DNA from: Eremomyces bilateralis CBS 781.70
Lineage: Eukaryota
Length of the DNA stretch: 63,968 bases
Reading direction: 5' to 3' (one strand)
NCBI GenBank assembly: GCA_010015585.1
Contig: ML975164.1
Below, in pieces: positions 52,693 to 63,968 of this stretch. Positions within the stretch are counted from its first letter, which is position 1. Every line of letters begins with the position of its first letter. A program made the position numbers and the translations under genes. Below the pieces are notes generated by a model, which saw only the letters and a program-made list of their open reading frames with translations, was not told the origin of the DNA and did not search any database.

Positions 52693-54889
52693 ATGACCAA
52701 GAGAGAGCTTCCCGTTCAGCAGCTTCTCATCCTGTGTAAGGCTCCCCTCTTCGTCGCAGCTATAACCGCGCCAAACTCGAGCATCAATTCTTCATTATAG
52801 TACTGATAGGATATACCAGCGATATGTCGATTTGCCGAACCCATCTCCCTCACGAGCATCTTCCCTTACCTCCCCGAATACATCGAATCGTTTGGCATCC
52901 CCAAAGATGAAGTCGGTCGCTGGACAGGTACTATAACCCGTTTACCAGTCAAATGAAGAGGCGAGACTGTGATGCTGACGGAGACGTATAGGAATTACTT
53001 CGGCTATCTATTCCCTCTCACAATGCGTTACGGCAATACCATGGGGAAGGATATCCGACCGAATTGGCCGGAAACCCGTCATTCTTATGGGCCTTGTCAA
53101 TACGATGATCACCTCGTTGCTCTGGGGTTTCTCGGGGTCCCTTCCCATGGCTCTTGTTGCGCGCGCATTGGCGGGAGCAGGTAATGGTAATGTTGGAATA
53201 TTAAGGACCGTAGTAGCAGAGTTGGTTCCATACAAGGTAGGACGGCATGCACCCATTGCGCGACGTAGCTAACCCGATTTCGGCAGGAACTCCAACCACG
53301 TGCGTTCAGTATCATGCCTCTCGTCTACAACATCGGCACGGTCTTCGGCCCCATGATAGGAGGCGCGTTGGCAAACCCACTGCACCGCCAATACGGCGAC
53401 CCCCCCAGCGACGCCTTCCTCGCCCGGTACCCCTACTCCATCCCGAACATCGTCTCCGCCACCCTCTTCCTCATTGGAATCGCGACCGGCGTCCTCTTCC
53501 TCCACGAAACCCTCGCCAGTCGCCGCAACTCCTACGATTGGGGTCTCGCGCTCGGCGAGCGGGTCACCCAGTTCTTTAAAGATCTGTGGCATCGGTCGCG
53601 GGGCGGGGAGACGGAGCCGCTGTTGAAACACGGGACGGGGTTCTCGAGTCGGCAGAGTACGAATTTGGAGAATAGATATAATGCGCAGAATGGGGAGCAT
53701 GTGCAGGAGCCAAATCCGCCGTGGAAGGAGGTGTTAACGACGCAGTCAATCATAAATTTGATCGCATATACGTTGCTTGCGATGCACTCGATCGCGTACG
53801 ATCAGTTGCTTTCGGTGTTCATGCATCATCCCGTGCAGGATGTGAACGATCCCGAGTTTCAACCTCCGTTTAAATTTGCGGGAGGATTTGGTATCAGTAC
53901 GTTGAACCCGCTCATTATTTATTCGATACCTGGAAGACCCCACCAAATTCATTTTCTAATTACTCCCAGACTCCGACCGCATCGGCCCCTACTTCACCCT
54001 CTACGGCATCGCCTGCATGCTCTACCAATTCCTCATCTTTCCCCCCGTCGCCCGCCGCTACGGTGTCCTCCGCTGCTTCCGCATCTGCTCCCTCATCTTC
54101 CCCATCGTCTACTTCATCTCCCCTTTCGCCACACTCATGCCCACCCCTCTCGGGAAGCAGATCGTCCTCTTCATCTTCTGGCTCTTCAAAGGCCTCGCCA
54201 ATACCTTCGCCTTCCCCTGCTCCACCATCCTCCTCACCAACTCCGCCACTAGCGTCCTCATCCTCGGCACCCTCAACGGCATCGCCACCACCGTCTCCGC
54301 CGTCGGCCGCTCCCTCGGCCCCTCCTCCGCCGGCTCTCTGTTCACCTGGGGCGTCGAGAACGGCTACATCATCACCCCCTTCTGGTACCTCTCCGCCGTC
54401 ACCGTCGTCTCTGCCATCCCGACCTTCTTCCTCATCGAGGGCGCCGGGTTCGGCGACGACGCTAGCACTACCGAGGACGACGAAGTTGGATTCGACGCCG
54501 ACGCCGATGAAGAGGAGGAAGACCTAGAGCGCTGGCCAGGCTCCTCGTACGACTCCTCAGGATCCGACGACGAGGAAGCCACCGAGGCGCTTGGGCCGCT
54601 GCTGAGCCGCGAGTCGACAATGTCTGCCGGGGGGTTTTGGCGACAGACGGGGTCGCCGGTGCCGTCGTCGGTGGTGGCGAGCAGCGTGGTATCAGAGGAG
54701 GAGATTGATGAGATGGAGAGCGGGGTGGTGAGTCGACGGGGGTCGTCGTTGCCAGGGAGGAGAGGGGGGCGGACGTTGAGGCGGCGGTCGAGCGTGCCGA
54801 TTGGGATGGGGGTAGGGTTTAGGCGGATGAGTTCGAATTTGGGGCAGACGAGGAGTGGATATGGGACGGGGTCGAGTTTGGGGGGGTGA
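52693..54889 (+). CDS. Major facilitator superfamily transporter; multiple introns
   Basis: LPVQQLLIL|..CRFAEPISLTSIFPYL, WGRISDRIGRKPVI, ARALAGAGNGNVG, GPMIGGALANP..YPY, LGTLNGIATTVSAVGRSLGP. Acidic Ser-rich tail. Confidence 0.9.
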
Positions 54890-55589
54890 TGATGATGGGA
54901 GGTGGAGGGAGGCTGGAAGAGTATTGGGTTTACATTGGGTAGGGCGCATATATCATTTGTTGCACCTCAGGGATAGGGTCCTAGTTTTGGACCCCTTGTT
55001 TATCGATCTCAGGGGCATGTTCAATATGTAGCTCGTGAGGCATTTTGAGGAGTTTGTATATCTTTGGTCTATAGCATATGTAGTCTTGGGCATGTTTATC
55101 CATAATTCCTCAAGATATACTAATCCCCAATACAAGGAATTCGACCACTCTTCGATCGAGATTCATACAATGGACATCCTGCAAACCACGCTAGATGTGA
55201 GAATCGAAAGTTGATTGGCAAAGTCATTCCAGATGGCGATATAATACGACACTAACACATATAGTCTCGCAATCGGCCAATCAGCAACGCATCTCGGGTG
55301 CAACTGCGCTTAACGGTCAACAAAGTCCGAACATCCTCAACTTCTTCCCCTAAGTACAGGATCAGGCGAAACAAAGAGATCACAGGAGCTTCATTTACGT
55401 AACCCTGTCGCCTCCGTCCGTTATCGATGGCTAATTCTAACGCCGACGAAAGCCGCCGGAGGTATAAGATGGCGACAATTCCTCCCGGTCGGACTGTCAG
55501 GTGCAAGAATCTGGCTCATCCATTACGACCACCGTGTATCGCTCATTCCTGGCCTTGAATTAGGGAAAATAGTAAGCTGGTTAGGAACG

Positions 55590-55596
55590 TGAGTCA
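55590..55596. promoter_or_regulatory. TGAGTCA (Gcn4/CpcA/AP-1-type site) upstream of arginase
   Basis: Exact heptamer about 125 bp before the ATG. Function inferred only. Confidence 0.3.
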
Positions 55597-55718
55597 CGGA
55601 CTGCTATCGGTATTGCTCCCTGAGGTAGTGGGAATTTAGAAAAGTCTTCAGACGCAAGATTGCAATCGTTTCTCTGAGCACACTTTATTCAAGTAACCCC
55701 AAGTTATTCTCAGCAGCA

Positions 55719-56842
55719 ATGACGCTCCCTCCAACTGGCGAGAGTAAATTCCTCCCCTCCCGCAATGAGCTCGGCCTCGTGGCAGTTGGCTTCTCCGGCG
55801 GTCAGGTACGTACCACACCTCCTTCAGTCCCAGTTCCATTCGGCAGTTCGAAGAGCGTGCAAGAATCACTGTTAACACCCCCACAGACCAAAGCCGGCGT
55901 CGACGCTGCCCCCACGGCTCTCCTTGAAGCCGGCCTTATCCACCAACTCCAAAACGACCTCAACTACAACGTCACCTTCGACGGCCAAGTGCACACCTAC
56001 GCGGACCTTATCCCCGCCTCCGACCCACCCCACCGCAACATGCTGCGCCCGAAATCCGTCAGCGCCGTCACGCGCGCAGTGTCCTCGCAAGTGTATACGC
56101 ACGCGGCCGCGGGGCGCCTTGTGCTCACGCTCGGCGGCGACCACTCGATCGCGATCGGGACGATTTCCGGGACGGCGAGGGCGGTGCGGGAGAGATTAGG
56201 GCAGGAGATCGCAGTGGTGTGGGTGGATGCGCATGCGGATATCAATACGCCGGAGACGAGCGAGAGTGGCAATATCCATGGGATGCCGGTGAGTTTCCTG
56301 ACGGGGATGACGCGGAGTGAGGATGAGGAACGGTTTGGGTGGTTGGGGGAGGAGCATTTGATTAGTGCGAGGAAGTTGGTGTATATCGCGTTGAGGGATA
56401 TTGATCGGGGGGAGAAGGAGATTCTGAGGAGGGAGGGAATCAAGGCGTTTTCGATGCATGATATTGATCGGTGAGTGATTCTGGGAGTCATGTGGAGGAT
56501 TATGTTAGGGTGTAGAACTAACGTTGAACATGATATAGACACGGCATCGGCAAAATCATGGACATGGCACTGGGCTGGATCGGAAGTGACACCCCCATCC
56601 ACCTCTCCTTTGACGTCGACGCACTGGATCCGATGTGGGCTCCGAGCACGGGGACGCCCGTCCGCGGAGGACTAACCCTGAGAGAAGGCGACTTCATCGC
56701 CGAGTGCGTGGCGGAGACGGGGAATCTCATCGCACTGGATCTCGTTGAGGTCAATCCGAGCTTGGAAGTAACTGGGGCGCAAGAGACGGTTCGTGCCGGG
56801 TGCTCGATTATCCGATGCGCGCTGGGAGACACACTGCTGTGA
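55719..56842 (+). CDS. CAR1: Arginase; introns 55806-55886 and about 56471-56538
   Basis: GFSGGQ, LTLGGDHSIAIGT, WVDAHADINTP..SGNIHGMP, HLSFDVDALDP..PSTGTPVRGGLT.REG, LDLVEVNP. Confidence 0.97.
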
Positions 56843-57022
56843 GATGTATGATTGGGACTGGTGGAGCGGATGGGAGAGTATGAACGGAAATTCCACGGAA
56901 TGGTTGAATTAGTACACAACCGGCGACCAGCTCATCTGGGCGGCAAATGCTTATCCGTCTATCAGGTCAAGGTCGCGACGGTAACTCATCCAGCTGCTGC
57001 TGCTCCAACACCAAGGCCGACA

Positions 57023-57498
57023 TCAATTATTGGTATTGAATCTGCGAGATATTAGAGCCTTGCAGCTTCGGATATATTTCCAGTCTTTCCTACCTGTAAT
57101 TGCATTTGGGACAGCGATAAAAGATTGTAGACCCTTCGTCTGCGCCGCGCAGTTGCACGTCCTTGAACAACATAGTCGGATTCTCACAGGAGGGGCATGA
57201 TTGAGTGGTCGATGGCCACGTCTCTGCATCTTCTGACTTCATCGTCTGATTGACCGCACCACTACGCTTTTGCAGAAGAACTGACGGGAAAGCATCAGGT
57301 CTGGATCTAGTCGTAACGGACGTGAGCCACTTGTCTACGCCTAAGCTTAGCAGTGAAAACAGAGAGGCGGTATGATTCAAGCTCACTTTTATTGCAGCTT
57401 TTGCAAACATCACAAGTGATGGTCGGTTTCTCGGGAGGTATCCGATTCAGGAGACTTCCACAGCTAGTACAAAAGAGGACGGTACCGACCAGTGCCAT
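57023..57498 (-). CDS. RPA12: RNA polymerase I subunit A12.2; two introns
   Basis: N-terminal Zn ribbon LFCTSCGSLL..CDVC; TRSRPDAFPSVL; C-terminal TFIIS-like ribbon CPSC..QLRGADEGSTIFYRCPKC; last micro-exon RFNTNN*. Confidence 0.93.
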
Positions 57499-57649
57499 GG
57501 TTGATGGTTCAGATGGATATGTGGGATTTAAGCATCACGATGATCAAATTAGCGGCTACCGCTTTCGAAGTGAGGAGAGTTCGGGGGGAACTTTAAACTT
57601 AAAAATAGTAATGCGCTATACCAAATACGGGTACACTAAATCATAAGTA

Positions 57650-60600
57650 ACCTCCCTCCCTGTGTGCCGGGCGCCCCTGCGTGACGAGCTAAATCATGGG
57701 TACTTTGGCTTCAGAGCAAGCCAGACACTGCATACACATTGATATTTCTAAAGTTTTGTTTAATTTGTGTGCTGTAGCCATTCCTTAACTTCGAGACCAT
57801 TTCTACTTAAAGAATTACGGTTAGCATCGCCGCCTTCTCGCCTGATTCCCGGAGAGTCTTCTGTCATACCCTAACAGAATTCTTCCGCCAAAGCACCACC
57901 ATCGTGCCCTTACTACGTCTGAAACTCATTAAAGGCCCTTATCCGAGCCTTAGAGTCCTATAACGATGCTAGGCATCATCATCACCCTTGAGGCTGGTGT
58001 TGGGTGCAAATTTGCACAAGTTCACCACGCAGATCGGTACTTCTAATCCAAACGATGAACGATTCTGGCTAGCGCGGAACAATAATATCTACGTAATATA
58101 TACACAACCGCGATGTAATTTAACCTAGCGTATGTACGGAGTACGTAATCATATTTGCCAAGTCTGTGGCTGTTTTACCTGTAGCTGCCGCAGTCTAATC
58201 ATTCCTGGCGGACATAGCAATTCACTCTGTGCAGAAACACGAACGCCAGTTAGGCAGGGTTGGTCAACATGCAGAACTGGAAGTCCTCTGATTGACACCT
58301 GAGCAAAGTGCTGTCGCAAGCGGCCTGATTTCCCCTAGGGCAGCACCTATGCTTATGGATGCTTCATATGCTTCTAATCAGCTGCAAGAGATGTGAGCGA
58401 CTGGGAAAAACGCGTCGACACTTGCCATTGGACGCCACGCGACAGTATTAGCAGCCTTGTTCTTGTACGACCAGCCAGTCGAGGCGTGCATTCGCGTCCG
58501 ATCAAGGCACAAAATGCAAGGCTGAGGTCGCCGAGAACAAGCTGTGATGTGACGGCTACGAAGCGCAGCCTCGTGCTAAAGCTTATAATGGCCTTTCGCC
58601 GCCTCTTATGCTCGTCGTCCTCCGTCAAGTGAAGTAGAAAGCCTCGAACCGATTCCGGACGTTTCGCGACACTTTGGCTGTGTGGACGTCGTTCGAATCC
58701 CGCACTTTAACCATGGCGTCGTCTGGATGGCGGCGACTGATTCCATCCCGAAGCAAGCGTAAGGATGCTGTATGATGACTCCCATTCCATGCCTCTGTCA
58801 GGCTGACTTTGGTAGGTTAGCGAACCTTCGAAGCCGAAAAATCCTTTTGAGGCTCCTGCTCAAGGTCTCAAAGTAGTGGAGGAGGGAGAGCAGCCGGTGA
58901 TAGAGTAAGCCATCCGTAGCATAACAAACGCCCGCACTGACAGCTCCTAGCATCGTTGCTGTCCATGGATTGAACGGGCACCGCGACAAGACCTGGACGG
59001 CCGTGAACGGCGTGCACTGGCTCCACGATCTCCTGCCGACCGATATCCCGAACGCGCGCGTCTTCTGCTGGGGATACGATGCGAACACGCATGGCGACCG
59101 CGTCAGCTGCCAATACCTATACGACCATGCAAGACAATTGGTGTCGGATCTGTGCCTTCAGAGAAGGCTTACAAAGGTATGGACACAGGCAGTAGTTAAA
59201 GGTGAAACTGACCGTGGCAGACAACGCAACGGCCAATTATCTTTGTGGCACACAGTCTAGGTGGGATCATAGTCAAGAGCGTAAGCCTCGTATATATCTC
59301 TTATCTGCGTAGCTAACCAAGCGAGGCTCTCATCCACTCGGACGCGGCACGTAAAGGCGCGCTAGCAGAACATCGGTCGATTACGACGTCGACATACGGG
59401 ATCATGTTCATGGGCACGCCTCACCAAGGCGGCAGCGGAGTGCAGCTAGGGAAGCTGCTGATCAATGTGGCATCAGTGTTTATAGCTGCAGACGACCGGC
59501 TAATGAAGCATCTCGAGCAGAACTCGGAATGGCTTCAACAGCAGCTTGGGCAGTATAATCCGATCAGCAGCAAGTTTGTAACAAAGTTTGCGTACGAGGA
59601 GTACAAGACGCCGACGGTGCTGGGTCATTCAATTATGGTATGGTCTTGCTTCTGTTGTAGAATACAAAAGGCTGACAGCATAGGTGGTACCACTTGCATC
59701 AGCGGTTGTTCCTGGTGCCGCCGACGCAGAGCCGATCGCCATCCACGCAGACCACATCAACATGACCAAGTTCGCGTCGAAAGAAGATAATGGATATAGA
59801 ACTGTGTCGGGGCATCTGCGAATCATGGCTGAGAGTGCGGGCGAAGCCATCGTCTTACGGTGGGCAGAGGAGGGTAGGGTCGATGCTGGTATGTAGCGCC
59901 AGTGTATAACTATCAAGAATAGTAATAACAGTAGCTGTGTGTAGCGCGTACTAACTCTGAAGAGAGCTTTCGTGTCGTCTTTAGCTTGCCTGAGGCCTCT
60001 GAGACCGATCACTTTGTTGCAAGACAAGCGGAGCTCGCTGCAATGCATAAGGCGCTCAGCGAGGGTACCGGCCGACAAGCAGTCACTCTGCACGGTCTAG
60101 GCGGGATTGGCAAGACACAGCTGGCAATTGCATACGTCAAAGCGCACCGTGACGACTATTCGGCAATATTCTGGCTGAACATCAAAGACGAAGTGTCAGT
60201 AAAGCAGAGCTATTTGCGGTTAGTAAGACGGATCTTGCAGGAACATCCATCGGCCAGCCAGCTTAGTGGAATCACGGAGGACAGCAAACCCGACGAAGCA
60301 GTGGCAGCAGTCAAGCGATGGCTAGAGCATGGCAAGAACACGCATTGGTTGATAATGTTAGATAATTACGATAACCCCAAGGTTCCAGGTAACGCGGATC
60401 CTGGTGCGGTCGACATCCGGCAGTTTCTGCCTGAGGCATATCATGGCTCGGTAGTTGTGACAACGAGATCGTCGAAAGTCAGTATCGGCCATCGCATAAA
60501 GGTAGGGAAGCTGGAAGATATAAGGGACAGCCTTCAGATACTCTCTAATGCCTCACACCGTGAGGACGTTATCGACAGTTAGTTAGATTCGGTTGCTAGT

Positions 60601-63091
60601 TGAAGAAGCAGCGCTTACACCATTAGATCCTGACGCAGCCGAACTTGCTAGAGAGCTGGATGGCCTACCGCTGGCCTTGGCTACGGCGGGCGCCTACCTT
60701 GACCAGGTGGCGACAAGCTTTGCTGCCTACCTTCGCCTGTACAGAGCATCATGGCTGAAGCTGCAACAGACGAGTCCCCTCGTAAGCAGTTACGAGGACC
60801 GGCGACTGTACTCGACATGGCAGCTATCATTCGAACATATCAAGCAGCAGAACGAGCTATCGTCAAGACTGCTTCAGCTATGGGCATACTTTGATAATCA
60901 AGATCTGTGGTTCGAGCTTCTGCAAGAAGGAAGGTCTAGCGGTCCGGACTGGCTTCGTCAACTCACGCAGGACGAGCTGAGCTTCAACGAGGCGGTAAGG
61001 GCTCTGTGTGATTACGCGTTGGTGGAAGTGGACAGGTCCTCTAGAGGAAGCGTTGAGTCTCAAGGGTACGGGATGCATAGTTGTGTGCACTCATGGACGG
61101 TGTATGTAGTCAACCAAGAATGGGATTCTAAGATGGCCGAGGTAGCTCTGGAGTGTGTGGGCAGCCATGCGCCAGAGGTTAATGCACAGCACTCCTGGCT
61201 GACTCAGCGTCGGCTGTTGCGACACTTAACCAAGTGTTGGGGGTTTATTATCGACGGCAGACTAGATGACGATGGCAAGGACTGGATTCTGTACAACTTC
61301 GGATATATATATTCGAGTCAGGGAAGGTTTGAAGAGGGGGAGAAGATGTACTTGCGAGCGCTGCAAGGCAAAGAGAAGGCATGGGGACCAGAGCATACAT
61401 CAACACTCNNNNNNNNNNNNNNNNNNNNNNNNNNNNNNNNNNNNNNNNNNNNNNNNNNNNNNNNNNNNNNNNNNNNNNNNNNNNNNNNNNNNNNNNNNNN
61501 NNNNNNNNNNNNNNNNNNNNNNNNNNNNNNNNNNNNNNNNNNNNNNNNNNNNNNNNNNNNNNNNNNNNNNNNNNNNNNNNNNNNNNNNNNNNNNNNNNNN
61601 NNNNNNNNNNNNNNNNNNNNNNNNNNNNNNNNNNNNNNNNNNNNNNNNNNNNNNNNNNNNNNNNNNNNNNNNNNNNNNNNNNNNNNNNNNNNNNNNNNNN
61701 NNNNNNNNNNNNNNNNNNNNNNNNNNNNNNNNNNNNNNNNNNNNNNNNNNNNNNNNNNNNNNNNNNNNNNNNNNNNNNNNNNNNNNNNNNNNNNNNNNNN
61801 NNNNNNNNNNNNNNNNNNNNNNNNNNNNNNNNNNNNNNNNNNNNNNNNNNNNNNNNNNNNNNNNNNNNNNNNNNNNNNNNNNNNNNNNNNNNNNNNNNNN
61901 NNNNNNNNNNNNNNNNNNNNNNNNNNNNNNNNNNNNNNNNNNNNNNNNNNNNNNNNNNNNNNNNNNNNNNNNNNNNNNNNNNNNNNNNNNNNNNNNNNNN
62001 NNNNNNNNNNNNNNNNNNNNNNNNNNNNNNNNNNNNNNNNNNNNNNNNNNNNNNNNNNNNNNNNNNNNNNNNNNNNNNNNNNNNNNNNNNNNNNNNNNNN
62101 NNNNNNNNNNNNNNNNNNNNNNNNNNNNNNNNNNNNNNNNNNNNNNNNNNNNNNNNNNNNNNNNNNNNNNNNNNNNNNNNNNNNNNNNNNNNNNNNNNNN
62201 NNNNNNNNNNNNNNNNNNNNNNNNNNNNAGGCGGAGAAGATGTACTTGCGAGCGCTGCAAGGCTTTGAGAAGGCACTCGGCCAAGAAGCGGCGAAGACGT
62301 ATATACCGGCGCTCAACACAGCTCAGAATATGGCCAATATCTTTCAGCAGACAGGCAGAGTGCGGGAAGCGGAGGAACTATGTGGACAGGCTCTCCTTGG
62401 TGTTGAAGCGGTTTTCGGACGCTTGAGCGACAGATATCAAAGTCTTAGTTTAGCTTTGGACGCACTGCGCAGTAACAGTGAGCGCGATATCAATTGCTAG
62501 CTCTAATGCAATCATAACTTAATTAATTTGCATTTACGTATCTACTATAGTCACTACTCGCGGCCTCCCTACGCTCTATGGTGTTAAACAGGAGAAGGAG
62601 GCAATTTTGAAAGTAATTCCTACCCATCTAGAACGAGTTTTTCTTGATCAGCCTAGCGCTGGTCGCGTCCTGAAAACCGCGCAACATTGCAGTATCGTTC
62701 ATTTGGCATATCATGGACTCACTGTGTCGATCCATCCAGAGGTAGCACAGCCACATCGGTAGTGATTATGTCCAGCATCGTTGTAGGACTCTAGGGCTCG
62801 GATAAGGACTTTTAATGGGTTTTAAAAATAATAAGGGCACGATGGTGGTGCCTTCGTGGAGGAATTCTGTTGCGTAGTGAAGGAATAGTCTCCGGAAATC
62901 GGGTGAAAGGGCGGCCACGATAACGTAATTTTTTGAGTAGGAGGGGACTCGAAGTTAAGGAATGGCTATAGCGCACGATTTAAACAGAACTATAGAAATA
63001 TCAATGTGTGCATAGATTCTGGCTTGCTCTGAAGTCGAAGTACCTATGGTTTGGCCCGGCACGCAGGGGTGCCCGGCATAGGGAGGGAGGT
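57650..63091. mobile_element. Putative non-autonomous TIR transposon (about 345-bp TIRs, TA flanks) carrying an NLR gene
   Basis: TA|ACCTCCCTCCCTGTGTGCCGGGCGCCCCTGCGTG.. at 57648 and ..CACGCAGGGGTGCCCGGCATAGGGAGGGAGGT|TA at 63093. Arms 57650-~57995 and ~62748-63091 align as reverse complements, roughly 75-80% identical by eye. Confidence 0.75.
58713..62500 (+). CDS. Fungal NLR: SesB-like alpha/beta hydrolase + NB-ARC + TPR repeats; about 7 introns; assembly gap 61409-62228
   Basis: DIVAVHGLNG..TW..WLHDLLP..ARVFCWGYDA, nucleophile elbow IIFVAHSLGG, IMFMGTPHQG, MVPLASA..DHINMTKF. Walker A LHGLGGIGKTQLA, Walker B WLIMLDNYD, VVVTTR, LDGLPLALATAG, YGMH. TPR EKMYLRALQGKEKAWGPEHTSTL. Confidence 0.92.
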
Positions 63092-63558
63092 TAGAGATTC
63101 GGTATTATTACATGATATCCTAAAGCAGCCTCGCAACACGTTCGCAACGCATTTAAGCTTTGCACTCCTTGCTGACCTGGCCACGGCTTCCTAGTCAAAC
63201 AGAGCTACCCTCACAAAACTGATATTAAAACATGATATTACTACCACTGCGATCGATTCAAAAATATCAGTCAAAAGTAAGGACTCTAAGCACAAGTACT
63301 CTTGCAAGTTGCGACAGGATGTCCTTAACTTGTCATATTCAGGACGAATAACCACCAGTGGAGGCTGGAGGTTTGAAACAATTGTAAATTACCACTAACT
63401 ACCAAATCAGACTCTCTAAGTTAACTAATCTTGGCCCAGACTAACGAGCGATCAACTGACCGTACATTTGAGATTTATCCCTTCTGAATAATCAAAAGCG
63501 GGTGCCTTTCGACCACAGCAACCCTAGCCGACAGCGCCAGCGTCCTCCTGCCCTCTGC

Positions 63559-63968
63559 TTATTCTATTTTGCGAGCGTCTCGTTGCTCTGCCTCCCAATC
63601 CGCCAATATATTCGAGGAAGAAATGAAGTACGGATGGCTGGTACCTAGAACCTGTTCTTGAAGCCGTACACACTCCATCATTAGACCTATAGCCTCCGTA
63701 TCTCGGCCCTGCGCTTTCCACGTCGACGTCAGGTTGGCCATGCTGGTCAGCGTGGAAGGATGCTCTGCGCCGAGTACCCTTGAGCATATATTTAACTCAT
63801 CCGCTTGCAGCTCTTCGGCCTCCTTCCATCGGCCTTGACCCCTATACGTCGACGCCAGGTTGGCCATGCTGGTCAGCGTGTCTGGATGCTCTGCGCCAAG
63901 TACCCTCTTTCTCGTCTCCATAACTTGCATCTCTAGCTCTTCGGCCTCCTTCCATCGGCCTTGATTCC
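63559..63968 (-). CDS. 3' end of a TPR-repeat (kinesin-light-chain type) protein, probably a second NLR; runs off the window
   Basis: 42-aa units EAEELEMQVMETRKRVLGAEHPDTLTSMANLASTYRGQGRWK. A 126-bp DNA repeat is visible (CTCTTCGGCCTCCTTCCATCGGCCTTGA at 63811 and 63937). Terminal cap ECVRLQEQVLGTSHP. Confidence 0.85.
   Translation of the reverse strand, partial: NQGRWKEAEELEMQVMETRKRVLGAEHPDTLTSMANLASTYRGQGRWKEAEELQADELNICSRVLGAEHPSTLTSMANLTSTWKAQGRDTEAIGLMMECVRLQEQVLGTSHPYFISSSNILADWEAEQRDARKIE

Noticed and set aside
61248..62426. ORF-track entries spanning the N gap in several frames
   Set aside because: Artefacts of Ns lacking stop codons. Only the + frame with TPR motifs is supported.
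57650..63091. Starship or MULE interpretation of the NLR-carrying element
   Set aside because: No DUF3435 captain or TTAC-type ends are visible and there is no 8-10-bp TSD. The flanks are TA on both sides.

Overview
Genomic DNA from a filamentous ascomycete (Pezizomycotina), judged from short spliceosomal introns with CTAAC/CTGAC branch points. Most of the window is a gene-dense housekeeping block: GST, DUF1857-type protein, VAC7, SWE1, a FUSC/ArAE-like membrane protein, RPL19, an SR-like RRM protein, NAB2, a pseudouridine glycosidase-kinase fusion, MTF2-like, RAD54, APN1, DIM1, GH76, an AMID-like oxidoreductase, a DUF6594-like protein, an NADH dehydrogenase, an MFS transporter, arginase and RPA12. 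Accessory patches lie at about 28-31.5 kb (small secreted protein and relics), 42.6-46 kb (a Fot1/pogo-like foldback element and a degenerate Tc1 DD34E transposon) and from 57.6 kb to the end. The standout feature is 57650-63091. An apparently intact fungal NLR gene (SesB-like alpha/beta-hydrolase + NB-ARC + TPR) is enclosed by about 345-bp terminal inverted repeats with TA on both outer sides and no visible transposase. This is a candidate non-autonomous DNA transposon carrying an immune receptor as cargo. A second TPR-array gene lies convergently just outside it. All calls come from motif recognition by eye; no database searches were run.
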